A stretch of DNA of 49,869 nt from Jimgerdemannia flammicorona (GCA_003990765.1 RBNJ01000030.1:1-49869); one strand, 5' to 3'; numbered from the stretch's first letter, positions 36,570-49,520 are shown. Numbers and translations: made by a program. Notes: generated by a model not told the origin, from the letters alone.

Positions 36570-37150
36570 CTCCCCATCGCACAGTACGCAGGCAACCTAA
36601 CTCAAAATCTATATCTGCGGCCCCCTCATGGGCGCAACCGTCCTCGCATTCATTACCATTCACCACCTAATCTCTCCCATCACTCACCTCTCGCTCGCCG
36701 GATGCCACCGCATTACCGACACTTGTCGCAGCTCACTGCCTCAAATTCCAGCACCTCGACCTCCGCGCCTGCGGTCTCACCTTCGACGTGTCAATCATCG
36801 CAGTAGCTCGCACTTGCCCACCTTAATATCGGCCACGTTCTAGAGCGCGACCACATCACTGATGCCTCCATCCTCCTGCTCGCTCGACTCACCCAGATCG
36901 CCGTGCTCGGCTTCGTGGGATACGACGTTACGGACGAGTGCATACTAGACATGTCCTAACATAAGGGGACGCGCTCGAGCTTGTCTTAGACGACAACTAC
37001 CACGGAATCATCGATTGTTCCAACAGCTCGCTTGTCGATAAGTGCAAGAAGCTCGCGGTAGTCAGCCTTAAGGAGTACCGTCAGTTAAGGATTTCGAAAT
37101 GGTTGATGAGCTCGTTCAGCGCAAGGTGTTACTCACCTTGTGAGCAGTAG
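36570..37150 (+). pseudogene. RNI-like/cysteine-containing leucine-rich-repeat (F-box-LRR type) pseudogene
   Basis: Across frames: ITHLSLAGCHRITD, HLDLRACGLTFDVSIIAVARTCP, HITDASILLLAR, GYDVTDECI, DKCKKLAVVSL. Multiple frameshifts. Confidence 0.7.
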
Positions 37151-38737
37151 GGTGCATTGGAGGAGTGGGTGCGTGGGCGAGTGGTCGGAAATATGGGAAT
37201 TCCAAGAGTGGAGTTACTGGTCGATGAGTTAGTATTATTTATTTTTAGTAGCAACCGCGTGGAATCCGATCATCGTATATACATAACCGGATTCAAATTA
37301 TTCATATTTACCGGCGCTATTGTAAGCGAGGAAAGTAGATGCCTGTCTATACGTTTTTGTCTCATTGTATCAAAGTAATTTTTTTTTTTCTGTTCGTATA
37401 CTAACGTTTTCATGTACATTAAGATTTCCATAGCTTTCCCAAACTCACTTTCACAGACTCGCTTCCCCAGCTACCCACTGCAAAAATGTTTAACGGTATC
37501 CTCAACGCCATCTTGTCCTATATAGTCCAGCCTACTGATAGGTAAGTCCTATTAATGTTTTGGTATTCTACCCTTGCCACCGAGTTCGAACTTCATTTCA
37601 CGCGCGTGGTGTACTTTGCGCGTTTGCTTCGTTCGCTTTCTCATGTAAGCATTTTGGCGGCTTGCGTTCAAAACACTTACCCGTTCAGATCAGACGTTTC
37701 TGGTCCTACCCTGTCGACACCAACTTTCCAACATCGGTACTGCTAACTCCGACCGCACATTCACCACACCCAGTCACTTCACCCACCAAGACCAATACCC
37801 CGCGGCGCCGGAAGACCCTTATGCTCCCGCCGTCGGAGTACTTTTTGACAATGCGGTGTGAGTTTGGCTTCATTTGTTGATGTATGTCATTTTCCAAATG
37901 TAGTTTCCGTCCTAAAGTTTAATTTCTATATTCATTTACATTAAACATCGTCTTCCTGACCCATGTGAAAACGTATATAGAAACCTATGGGTATGTAATT
38001 TTATTTTATTTGTGGGAACCGTGTGTGAATGCGCAATATATCAGTGAAGATTACAGGACCTTTTCAATTGTTAAAGACTTTCTTTATTCTATCAAAAAGG
38101 TTAAGAGGGACGTCGACAAGAACCACATGGCCCGCCCCTTCGGCAAGGCTCCCACGAAGTCCAAGGTCCTAACCTCCACTACTGTCTTGACTTCCGCAAC
38201 TACTTTACTCTTCCCTACTGTCACCCAACCTTATTTACTGCTTCCCCGACCTCCTCCACCGCCCCACCGAACTGGAGTACCCGCCAGTCGTCTCCCCACT
38301 CATCATTGTGTGCCTTTCTGTTCTCCATTATACATCAAAGATATCCGAAAAAAAAGACAATCCACTGAGGCTCGCCACTGAACCGAAGCTCGCCGGCAAA
38401 GTCCTCAAACAGAAAACGAGGCCACCCCTATGCTCGACTCCATCGCCCAATTGCGGGGACTGTTTCCAGTGGGTTACCATATGAAATTTGAGTTCACGCC
38501 GACAAGGGAACTATGGTAAGGAGCATCCAAGCTGTGCGAGCACGACATCTGTCAGGAGCATCCAAGCTGGGCGTGCACAATGGCGACGCCATTAGTCGTG
38601 AATTTGCGACAATCTATTGTCCGGAGCATTTGTCCAAACTAAGCAAACACGACGAAAATGCGATTTTTCGCGAAGTGAATTTACCATGAGCGATGGTGTA
38701 GCCCCCGTCATCGGCTATTTTGACAACGATAAGTAAG

Positions 38738-39151
38738 CTATATATTGTATGGGAAACCGTAACAGAAATCCTGCCAAGCTGATAGAGCAAGTAGATGGTC
38801 CCTCAGTAAATTGTAACGACGCTCGGTAAATTCGACATATTGAATAGCAGCTTTTTCTGTTTTGCTGTACGTAGTAATAGAAAAATCAATCCTCCATAAT
38901 GTTGATGTCATGCCACTGTCGCATGAAATCTTCATATTATGTTTCCCGAAACGTGCTATGCCTCTTAACGCCATCCGGTCGAGCTCGACGTAGTTAGCGA
39001 GGGCAATTGGGAAGGTGTTTTCAAGTGAGGAACCCTTGGCAATGACCAGGGCATCGAAGAAGCGCGCGGCTACCAGCTCAGGGCATACGGGGACAGAAAA
39101 CAGGCTGCCGTAGCCTGCCCGTCGAGGTCTAGTGTGCCAGGTGCATGTCAA
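38738..39151 (-). other. Open 137-codon segment, possible exon of an unknown gene
   Basis: Protein-like composition in the CpG-retaining island; no recognisable motif. Confidence 0.25.
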
Positions 39152-39187
39152 GGGTTCAAATATCAGGTAAAAATTTCTTCAACTAGA

Positions 39188-39224
<37 letters not shown>

Positions 39225-39346
39225 ACAAGGGATGAACAAAATCGGATCACGGATTTCTTATCACTAATTCAAATCATTCGATGGACAACCTAGCTTTTGA
39301 TAAACTAATAACCTTTTGCTACTATCAAGCCCTTTCCATTCTCTCT

Positions 39347-39347
<1 letters not shown>

Positions 39348-39409
<62 letters not shown>

Positions 39410-39445
39410 GTCGCTTGGACTCCCTTCCTTTATTAACTTGGGGCC
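39348..39445 (-). mobile_element. Very short LINE 3' tail with long poly(A)
   Basis: T~59 followed by ATAGTCGCTTGGACTCCC..TTTATT, nearly the same as ATAGTCACTTGGACATCCCTTTATT after the T-run at 42631. Confidence 0.7.
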
Positions 39446-39449
39446 ATTG

Positions 39450-40600
39450 ATGGTCATTCTATTGAATCTTGCTTCACATGAACAACTAAGCTATCATCAT
39501 CATTATCAATTCTGAAATCTCTCAGAATCCTCTTCTTCTTGAACTACTACACTAGCTTCACTTCTTTATATCATCTTATATATTTCAATTCTTTAATATA
39601 TATACATATCTCTATAGTTGAAAATAGTATTGCTGACACTCTATCCTACTCTGACCAACTCTATTTCCACTACCTTACCTGCTATATACAGATGCTTCCA
39701 ATACAGATTAGTACTATCTACATACTGCACTTCTATCTATTTTTGTCTTCTTTCTATGGTTCATCCTGGCAAAATCAGTACCACTCAAATTTATCAGAAT
39801 AATGCAGTTTCCTTCAGTTCTGTGTTCTCTATAGTAGTAATCATGGATCTGGCTATATTGGTCTCTGTAATGCTCTTCCTGCATTTGAGCTAGTATTAAT
39901 ATATTGGATATACTCTCTCACCCAATGTTATTTGCAACCACCTACTATTAAAAAGTATCTCTCAGTTATTTGATCTCTTCACATTGACTCTGGCTTTGCT
40001 GACCCATTTGTGGTCTTCAATAGCTCTCTTGCATGATGTGTAGTATAAAATACTGGTTTGAGCTATACCTGTCCCATCCTCAGTTACTAATTACAATTGA
40101 TATTCTATGTCATCTCCTCACTCTCTTATACTTGTTCAATTTTGATGATCTCAACCTTGCTGTGGCAATGTCTCTTGCACATGTTGGCTTTTTGCAGTCT
40201 GGTGAATTCATGTGGGACCTCTCTTTAAATACATTCCATCATGTATCTCAATGCTATATTGTCTTCTACTCTCATATTACAGACTTTATACATATTATCT
40301 TCACCCTACTGGCCTCCAATATTTTATATATCTTCTTCTTATAGTTGTTATTCCTTGTATTTCCCACACCACCCAGTACTCTCCTGTTCATATGCTCAGT
40401 ATGCCATCTCTTCTCTTGATCCTATCTTGTCCAGCAGCTTCAATTTCTACTTCCTCAAATTACCTTGCCTTAATTCTCTTTGCTAGTCATAGCTTTTGAT
40501 TTAGTGCTATATATATCTAATGCTGTAATGGCAGGTCTCTCAGACTATAAAATACAAATAATCAGATAATAGTCTTGCAGGACTTTTAAAGGGTATCAGT
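39450..40600 (+). mobile_element. DIRS/Ngaro-type tyrosine-recombinase retrotransposon remnant (RNase H end and YR)
   Basis: HISIVENSIADTLS (RNase H C-terminus), TIKKYLS.I*SLH, LITIDIL, AHVGFLQSGEF (FLRxGE), SHSF*FSA (GHSFRxGA), AGLSDYKIQII. Confidence 0.78.
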
Positions 40601-40619
40601 ATACAACCTCCAAGCCACT

Positions 40620-42628
40620 GAAATCACATGTCACCCTCAGAACAAATTCAGAAATTACATATAAGATTACAAAGCTAAGTTAACTTGAAGTTATAGAATA
40701 TAAGAGATATGAAAATAGAACCTTATAAATTAGGATTGAAAGTATATATAGTATATTAAAATCAAGAACTACAACAAACAACAACAATAACTCTCAAACA
40801 TAATACCCAGATATAACTACTGAAATCTACAACTGCATCTATAATAATATTTAGATTGCTGTTGTCAATAAAGCTACAGCTCCCCTGCCTCTTATGAATA
40901 TCCATAGTCTAGCACTCCTCTATTTTGAAGAGGTCTAATGGAATGCCCTAAACATACTTAGTAAGACCAACTGAATCAGACAAATCTTAAGCTATTACTA
41001 GATCAGCTATCTTCTGGAAGATATGATTAACTATCACTATAATATAGATATATATTACTAAAATGTCTCAACACTAGAAACTTATCACCTGTAAACACTG
41101 AGAACTCTTTTATAAGTACATATAGTACCTTTATTCTCTACCTCTAAGTTACTACTACTGAAATGGTTACCACTCTAATATATGACCAAATTAACAACAT
41201 AGTATAAGAACTCAACCACAAGTATATCAAGTATACTCAAACTACAGACAGACCCTTTCTGTACCCTAATGATCACATCCTATGAATGCACCAAGTTGGA
41301 TATATCATGAAGGACATTTATGATATAATTTAGTTTGACAATAATGAAGAGAAGACATTGATCCCTCTAATGCTAATATGACCTTTAGCCAAGGATCACT
41401 GCCAACCCTGATCACCCCACCAATCTTGCTAATAAACTTACAACAGTTTATAACTACCTACAAGACCTATTGGAATAATGACCACTGACATAAGTATCAA
41501 TTTACATTTATACCTAATTACTTCAACTACAATAAAGAGACCAGAGAATATAATCTATACCTCTAGATGACTCTTGAGATTGAACCAATAACTCTACCTC
41601 CTGAGTATGAATAATATGAACAACAGCTACCAGTATACTATAATCCTGTAATATATAGTGTCATAACTTACCAAAGGTATGCTGATAGTGAATTTGATGA
41701 AAGATGATATATCTCTCCTCTACTCACTGATACTCTATCTAGTATATGAGACAGATGATACCATCCTATAAAATAGTGATATGGTTCTAACATACTACTA
41801 TATAAATAAACAAAGAGATATAATCTAAGAACCACTCTTTCTAGATGACTACTTCATTAGAGATAATATCATTGATTGTAATCTTATCAGATAGTATCTA
41901 AATCTATAGATAGCTCAGCAGTTATTAATATAGTTAAATTAGTCTTATTCTATATAACTATATACTGACTCAGCAGTCAGTTGATCTCTTGATATATTAG
42001 TTCACACTTGTACTATATGACTGCATTTTAACTCATCAAAGTATTAAGTGCTATACTCATATTTAGTATAGTCCAGATATTCTCTTATTAGTATAAATAC
42101 CTGCTCCTCCAGACCTCAGAATCTCAGATAAAAATAGACAAATAAGTTAAGAATACTTTCCTACACAAATATCTCTTCATATATTACTTCTAGTATTAGC
42201 TAATAATAATATCATAAATAGCAAATAAATCTATTTAATAACCTACAAATTACTCTTAAGTAAAACTATACTATATTAGATCCCACTCCTAACTAGATTC
42301 TGAAATTTCTTAATTGAATATTGTCTGCAAACTAAGCTGGTCTTAGTTTCTTAAATTTTCTGAAAAATGAAAAATCCTGAACATCCAGAACAAGTCCAAA
42401 AAAAGAACTTTGGTTGATATTAACCTAATCTTGAAATCAATAAGTATAAAGAATATACTCTATATAAAACTGATCTTAACCATAAGTAAATAGTCTTTCA
42501 GAATATCTAGAACTTTCAGAAAATCTTCCAGAACTATATAATGGTACTCTAATAAAGTACTCTCTTACAAAGAATATATATACTATCTATCTCTCAAATT
42601 GTCAAATATCGTATATCTCTCTCAATTA

Positions 42629-42630
<2 letters not shown>
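40620..42630. mobile_element. Extremely AT-rich, CpG-free degenerate repeat DNA, probably LTR-element derived
   Basis: No ORFs. TATAAATACC..CCTCAGAATCTCAGATAAAA at ~42092 resembles the LTR promoter blocks elsewhere in the window. Confidence 0.35.
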
Positions 42631-42668
<38 letters not shown>

Positions 42669-42872
42669 GTCACTTGGACATCCCTTTATTACGCACTCTC
42701 TATAGATAATACATAAATGCCTCCATCCACCTTAACCGATGCCCCTTGGGTCCCCCTCCCCACCCACCCCACTTCTCTGCCGAAGGACAACCCACCCACC
42801 CACTACCCTAACTCTCCCCTCACTCTTCTTGCAGATACATTCCACCAATTTCCGGTGACTCCTCCCACTTCA
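42631..42872 (-). mobile_element. 5'-truncated LINE 3' end
   Basis: T35, AATAAA and ..GTCCAAGTG.. terminus like that at 21198-21206; G-rich sense strand. Confidence 0.75.
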
Positions 42873-45800
42873 CAGGTAGATATAGGTGGCATCAGATATG
42901 ATGAAAGCTGATTTCTCACTAGCATCTTGAGTGAGACCAATCTGATGGAAGCCTGAGAACAGATCCAGGGTGATATAGTATTTGGCTTTACTTCCACAAG
43001 TGGTAAGGATTTCTTGAATATTTGGTAAGAGCTGTCTATCCTTTTTGGTGATAGCATTGAGCTTCCTGTAGTCAATGTAGAGTCTTAGTACAAACTCTCC
43101 AGGCTTACTTCCTTTCTTTGGGACAAGGACAATGAATGAAGCCCAGGGACTGATAGCTTGCTTGATGATTTCAGCTTCTTCCATTTCCTTGAGTTCTGCT
43201 CACAGCCATTCTTTGTAGGCAGGTGGTATGGGTCTGGCTTTCTGGTAGATGGACTTGGTATCACCAGTATCAACTTCATGATAGTACTTAGGTTCTTGAT
43301 TGTGGATATCCCTGAAGTCTGCAGTAAGTACTTCTTCATTCTGGTGTAGGATCTTGAGAAGTTGTTCTTTCAGGGGAAAGTTTTCTCCAATAGTATATAT
43401 GTACTTGTTCTGGTCCTTGTCTTTCTTGTGTTTAAGTTCAGTAATCTTAGTGGCAGTATAGGCTCCTCTTCCAGTAAATTCAAAGCCTTGTTCTCCTCTC
43501 TTGGTCTTGATGAGTTTGATGGCTTCAGCAATCTTGAGTTTCTTGATTTCATGGATCAGTATCTGGCCAATCCTGTTATACTTCTTGACTTCGAATGGGG
43601 TGGTGGGGTTGTAATTTCTGACTATGAGGAAGATCTCGCCAGTGTAATCAGAGTCAATTACTCCTCCTTCAACTGAAATTTTACTTTTGGCCAGACTGCT
43701 CCTGGTCTTGATAATTCCAGTATGGTTTTCTGACAACTTGACTCTAATTCCAGTACCAAGTAGGGTGGTGGTCTGTAGTTTGAGAGTAGTATCTTAAATA
43801 CTGGCAAGATCTATTCCTATAGCTCCTTCAGTCTTGTATTCTGGGATCTTGGCTTCAGGGTGAAACTTCTTGACCTTGAGGGTGATGTCTGATTCTTGTT
43901 CCTCCTCATTGTTACTGTCAGCCTGAAGCTCAGGGGGCTGGTCATCTTCTTTGGCTTTCTTTTTTGCTTTAGTGGCTTCTTACTCATATTTCTATTGGCA
44001 GATTTTTCTGACTTCACTGATACAGGACCAGTAGTCATTCAGGGGTTCAGAGCAGTACATTCTAGTACCATGGGGGCATCTTCCTTAAGGGGCATAGCCA
44101 TCAATAATCTTGTTGTACCACTGCTCATCTATGAGCTTGGGTGTCTTGTTCTTGTTCTTGTTCTTGTTCACCAAGTGCATGAAGACCTCTGTGTTCTCTT
44201 CATTTTCTTCCTCCATGTCTGGTAGAACTCCTTTATAGACATTGATAGAGACTTGTACCTTTCTTCCTCTATAGTTGATCTGCATCTTCTGGGCATTGAG
44301 GTCAATGATGGCCTTGGCCTTGTGAAGCTATTGATTGCCAATGAGGATGTCATAGTTGGTGGCACTTGTAATAATCACATCTACTGGAATGGTAGCTCCT
44401 CCTATCTTGATGGGAACTTCTCAGATTTTGCCAAGGGGGGTAGCTCATATACCATCTGCTGTGACATAGACCATCTTGGTGGACTCTTCAATATCCCAAC
44501 CTAGGCAGTCAATTGTCTTCTTACTTATGAGATATTCTCCAGCACTGGTATCAATGATGGCATCAAAGATACAGTCTTCAATCTGACATAAGGTATAGGC
44601 TGATGTCTTGTGCTGGTCATCGGATTCTTCACCTGAGTTTTCAGATTCTTTCTGTGCATTGTGAGCTTCTACAATCTTGTACTCTTGATTCTTGGCAGTA
44701 GTTGCAAGTCCTACTCTCAACTGCTGTCTGAAGGCAGGGACTTCAGCTAGCTGTCCAAAAGTAGCATTGACCTTCTGTTCCTTGAGATCCTTATAGATAT
44801 CATACTGATGGATCTTAGTCTTGCACAGCTTCTGTTCCTTCTTGCTTTCACTTTCTCCTGAGACTAGAGTAGTGCCTTCAATGATTTGGCAAGCAGCTTC
44901 ATCTAACTCCATATCTTGATCAATCTCCTCAGGTTGAGTCTTGCTTTGAATAGTGATAGCTGGAGTCTTCTTTGGTCTTCCAACTGGCTTGCTGTTACTC
45001 TTCCTGTTATAGGTCTTGGACCAGGTTCTGGTACCTTCAGTAGCAGGGTAGAATTCAAGCTTCTCGTAGTATTCTTCATCATCAGTGTCACCAATTTCCT
45101 CGATGACTACTGTATTGGTTTGTTCTCTAGTTCTGCTAGCATTGCTTGGTTGGGCTTTGCATCTTGTTTCAGTTATGCAATTCTTTGCATAGTGGCCTTC
45201 TTCTCTACATCTGAAGTATATGATATTGCATTCTTCTGTAGCAGCTACAAATCTCTATACTGGTCTCCTGTTGGTGCTTTGGACTTCTCTAACAACATCA
45301 CCAAGGTATGCAGTCATCTTGGCAAGCTGCTTGGCAAGTTCTTCCACTGGGTCAGCTTTGGCTGTCTTGGGGGTAGGTGGGAATGGTTGTCTGTTTACAA
45401 CTATGGCAGGTATAATACTAGTTGGTTTTGATGGCTCCATCTTTATGCCAGTTATTTTCTTCATTGAGTGATTGGCAGGGTGTCTGGCAGTCTAATATCT
45501 CTATACAAAGACCACTTTCTGATCAAGGGTCAGTACAGCTAGAGTAGATCAGATTGCTAGGGCAATTTCAGGGTGAACTCTTTTGAGAAAGGTTGAATCC
45601 ACTATTTGTTCCTTGAGGGCATCATCATAGCTAGCCAAGACAATCTGGTAGCAGATTCAGGTATAGAATGAGTTGGGATCTTCACTAAGTCCCTGGTAGA
45701 TAGTATTGAGTTGATCCTTGAGAGCTTGCTTGATCTCTTCAGTATAGTGTGTTGTTCTGAGGAAGGCCTTCATATTGGCAAGTTTGGCTGCACTATTATT

Positions 45801-47303
45801 GACAATAGTGGCTACATTGAACTTGTCTCTGGCAGGTCCTCTGAGACTGACTGGTAGAAGAGCCAATTGTGCATCCATACCAAGGGCTTATACAGTGGCA
45901 AATTGTTCAAAGTCTTCAATGAAGGTCAGGATTGACTCTTCAGTAGTATATCTATAGAATATGGGGGGATGCATTTCTATCTTGTCTTGAATTCTTGCAG
46001 AGGTGACTCTTGTAGTCAGGGTAGTTATTGTGGAGGTTGTTCGTTTTTTAGCTTGAAAGTGAGGGATTCTTCTTGAATCACCAGCCAATGGGCACCAAGT
46101 TGTCATATAGTGGTCGCTGAGTTCTTCAAATATATCAGATTCTCTTCAAGGTATATCTTTTAGACTAACTCAAGTTTGTTATAAGCAAGTTCTTATTGAA
46201 GTGCCTTCCCAAGGTCTTATAGTCCTCAAACTTCTTATCTTTAAACTATCTTGTTATCTCTTAGATTGCTTGTAAGGAATTGTATGTATTGCACTGAGAG
46301 GAACTGACTTTATTTCAGAGGAAATAAGAGGAGTATTTATAAAAAATATAATTCAATGATTGCTAAGATATAAAGCTAAATATAAATTCAATAACTAAAA
46401 TAAAATACTAAGACAAGAAAAACTGCTAAGTTTCAGGGTCAGCACTGATGGTTGTATAGGTTCAGGATACTGGTATAATTCAGTATTACATTAGAATACT
46501 GGTGCTGGCATTATTCAGTTTAACCAAGAGACTTAGAGCAGAATGTTCAAGACCATAGGAGCTTCATAATCAGAGGTCAGGATGTCTTTGAAGGAGATGA
46601 GGTCTATGAACATCTCATCTGTCTCATCATTATCATCATATAGGTCACATGTTTCACATACTTTGTGTGCTTCATTGCGCATCTCACATATGTTATATGG
46701 GATGATGTCATCACCGATGATGTCATCACATTCAGTGGCATGAAAATCAGGGGCTCTCCAATCTATGAGGTTCTCTTTAACAAAATAAGGGACAAATGTG
46801 GGATCTTGGAGAGGTCTAATCTGGATGCTTGGGCCTTGGAATACTGAGATCAATCCTTACAGGAATTGGTCTGGGTTGTTCTGAAGGATAGGATGCCAGA
46901 AGTCTTCTACTTCATCACTATTGAGGGTGATAGTGGACTGGGCTTCTGTAGCTACCCTGGCTTCTAGTACATTGATACAGTGAGATAGTAGGTCTCTGAA
47001 ATCTGAGATTCTAATATACTCCAAGTTGGGGATCAACCATGGTACATGTCTGAAGATCTGATGGATCTTCTTAGCTGTCCTCATTTCATGGTAAGTGGTA
47101 TCTTGTAGCTCTTGAGTACTGGTCTGTGGGAACTTCCAGCAGAGGAGGTTTCTTATTTCATACTCCTGCTACATTTGGAAGCATTCAGTAGCAATAGTGT
47201 TCCTTGTTTCCATTTCATGGTAGTAGAGGATGTAGTGATAAGGGTCACCAGTACCCAGGTTGATACTAGGAGTCCTTCTTAAGCAGATCCTCATAGCTCT
47301 TCT
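42873..47303 (-). mobile_element. Ty3/Gypsy family A copy 3 (partial long LTR, PBS, gag-PR-dUTPase-RT N-terminus)
   Basis: Close homologue of copy 2. ORF-track pieces ending at 45888, 45657, 45255, 44445, 44085, 43200 and 42870 all share one frame. LTR 46101-47303. Confidence 0.93.
46533..47303 (-). pseudogene. LTR(U3)-encoded accessory ORF, copy 3 (N-terminus cut off by hAT)
   Basis: 46857-47084 and 46533-46853 are in frame, separated by one TAA that is CAA in the 5' LTR of copy 2. Confidence 0.72.
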
Positions 47304-47406
47304 TAGTGCTCTGAATTAGTCAATTCAAATCAAATCTGGATTCGATTTGTCACATGACAGTTTGATCTGAAACTCAAATCTGAAGCCATCTAAATCAACT
47401 TAGATT

Positions 47407-47641
47407 AATCCAAATTGCTCCATCTGAATCGCTCCATCCAAATCACCCATCTGAACCACCCCAATCTGAATTACTCAATCTGAATTACTCAATCTGAATC
47501 ACTCAATCTGAATCACTCAATCCAAATCACTCAATCCAAATCCTCTAATTCAAATCCTTTAATTTGAATCCTCTAATTTGAATCCTTCAATCCAAATCCT
47601 CATCTAAATCCTTCAACTGAATCCTCCAATCCAAATCCTTC
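47407..47641. repeat. 14-bp subterminal tandem repeat of the hAT element
   Basis: Roughly 16 units such as AATCTGAATCACTC and AATCCAAATCACTC. Confidence 0.85.
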
Positions 47642-47670
47642 ACATGACTCATATGCCGGACATGTTCACA

Positions 47671-47745
47671 ATACAATATATATATATACATATATAATAC
47701 ACATACATACATATACATATACATGCAAACACACAAACACATATG
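47671..47745. repeat. TA/CA low-complexity microsatellite
   Basis: Seen directly. Confidence 0.7.
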
Positions 47746-49520
47746 TTGACAGATCAGTCTTCAACAGTTCACAGTACTGATAATACTTTAAGTCAAACAT
47801 CCCTGATAGTTCCACACCTTCTATGCAATTCTTGCTCCAAAATCTGGCAATATTGTACTAAGATAGGAGATGATATTGTTTGTAATTATTGCAGGTAAAT
47901 AATTAAGATATACCTATTAACACTTTTTGTTTTGATACATATATGATATTGTTTCATCCACCCCCATAAACTGCACCAGCCAGAAGTTTAAAATACTTGG
48001 TAGTATGACTTCAAACATGAATCAATATATAAAAGACAAGTACTCTGACAAAATCAAAAAGAACATGGAGACAAATAAAATCGACATCCAAGCTATAGTG
48101 GGTATGTTTATCTGATTGCCTGACCATTTCTGTACCAACAATACTATTTAATCGCCATACTCTTTGGCAGAATTTCGAAATTGGCTCATTTGCTGGATTG
48201 TGTGTACAGACCAGCCATTCACAACCATCAAGAGTGATCAATTGCATAGTATCTTTGGCCTCCTCAAGCATGATTTATATTTGCCAAGTGCCGATACTAT
48301 TTACAAAGATGTCCTGGAGGCCTATAGGAAGGAGCATGATAATCTCCACCAGACACTTCAGGTAAAATAAGGGCAGTACTGTGACCTTTGTAAGCTAAAT
48401 TATATAAAAGAGCTCACCAATTTAACCTCACATTTAATAAGCAGAATTCAGCAGGCAAAATTTCATTTACAATCGTCACATGGACATTTCTCAATGCAAT
48501 TTTGTTTCTGGGCATTACCAGTCATTAGATTGACCTTGATTGGCAGCTTAAATCTCTCACCCTTGACTTCATCAAACTTGCTGGCCCTCATTCTGGAGAC
48601 AATATTGCAGATGCTTTTATTAGTTATATCTGGGAGCTTGGAATTATAACCAATGTAAAAAAGGGGGGCTTACCATCAGATCAGTGTTTTGAGAGAGGTT
48701 TTAAAACAAACCAGATTTTATTAGTTATTTATTTTCACATAAATTCGTCAACTAAATATTTCAAGTACAGATTTTGGCCATTATGACAGACAATACCATA
48801 AACAACTCAACATTTTTCAAAGTTTTAGCAGCCAGCCTCAAACAGGAAAATATGGCCTTCAGTGCAGAAAGCTGCCGTGTGCGATGTCAGGCCCATATAC
48901 TAAATCTCGTTATTTAGGACTATCTTATGCATATAGACAAAACATCCAAAAGAGGAGGAACCCTGAGTATAATTTCCAAGCTGCACAAACTGGTTGTGTC
49001 AGTCCGATCATCCCCACAATGATGAGACAAATTTGCTGCATAGTGTAGGGCAATCAGTTTAGCCCCAAAAGAGCTTATATTAGATGTTTGTACATGTTGG
49101 AACTCAACATTTACAATGATTCAGTGCATGCTGGAGTTTGCTGTAGTATGCATTCTTTTTTTCTTTGGTCAGCTGAAGCAACTTGTTTCAGATAATTGAA
49201 GATTTATTTTAAAAAAAAAACAAAAAAAGTCAATAGATTCAACAGTGGCTGCTGACAAGGAAATATAGATCAAGGCTCTAGGTGAAAGCAAGTGGGATGT
49301 ACTTAGGAATGTTGTCAGAGTTTTGGAAGTAAGTAGTGATTGCTCTGACTCCACACTCATTTTGTCTGCCTCTACACAATGCAACACCTCACCACATATA
49401 ACTGTCAGTATTTTAATGATTATACAAAGGATATAGTCAAACAAATGACCCTGACAATAAGCTCAGCAATACCAGTATACAACCTTCTGATTGACCAGCT
49501 AGAGGACAAGCTCAAGGATA

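Larger units (their letters stand above)
47304..49520 (+). mobile_element. hAT DNA transposon (left end and intron-containing transposase pseudogene)
   Basis: Starts TAGTGCT exactly where LTR homology stops. Motifs DQPFTTI, ISFTIVTWT, GITSH, GPHSGDNIA, AIMTDN, RVRCQAHILNL, SSPQ and LDVCTCWNST; GT..AG introns. Confidence 0.88.

Noticed and set aside
38520-38572. GGAGCATCCAAGCTG direct repeat
   Set aside because: Only two copies; looks like a small local duplication with no further structure.
42631-47303. LINE/Gypsy RNA template-switch chimera
   Set aside because: The Gypsy part retains 5' LTR sequence upstream of the TATA box (U3), which would not be at the 5' end of a transcript.
47407-47641. 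Telomere or CRISPR repeat
   Set aside because: Degenerate 14-mers lie just inside a hAT terminus; best explained as subterminal repeats.
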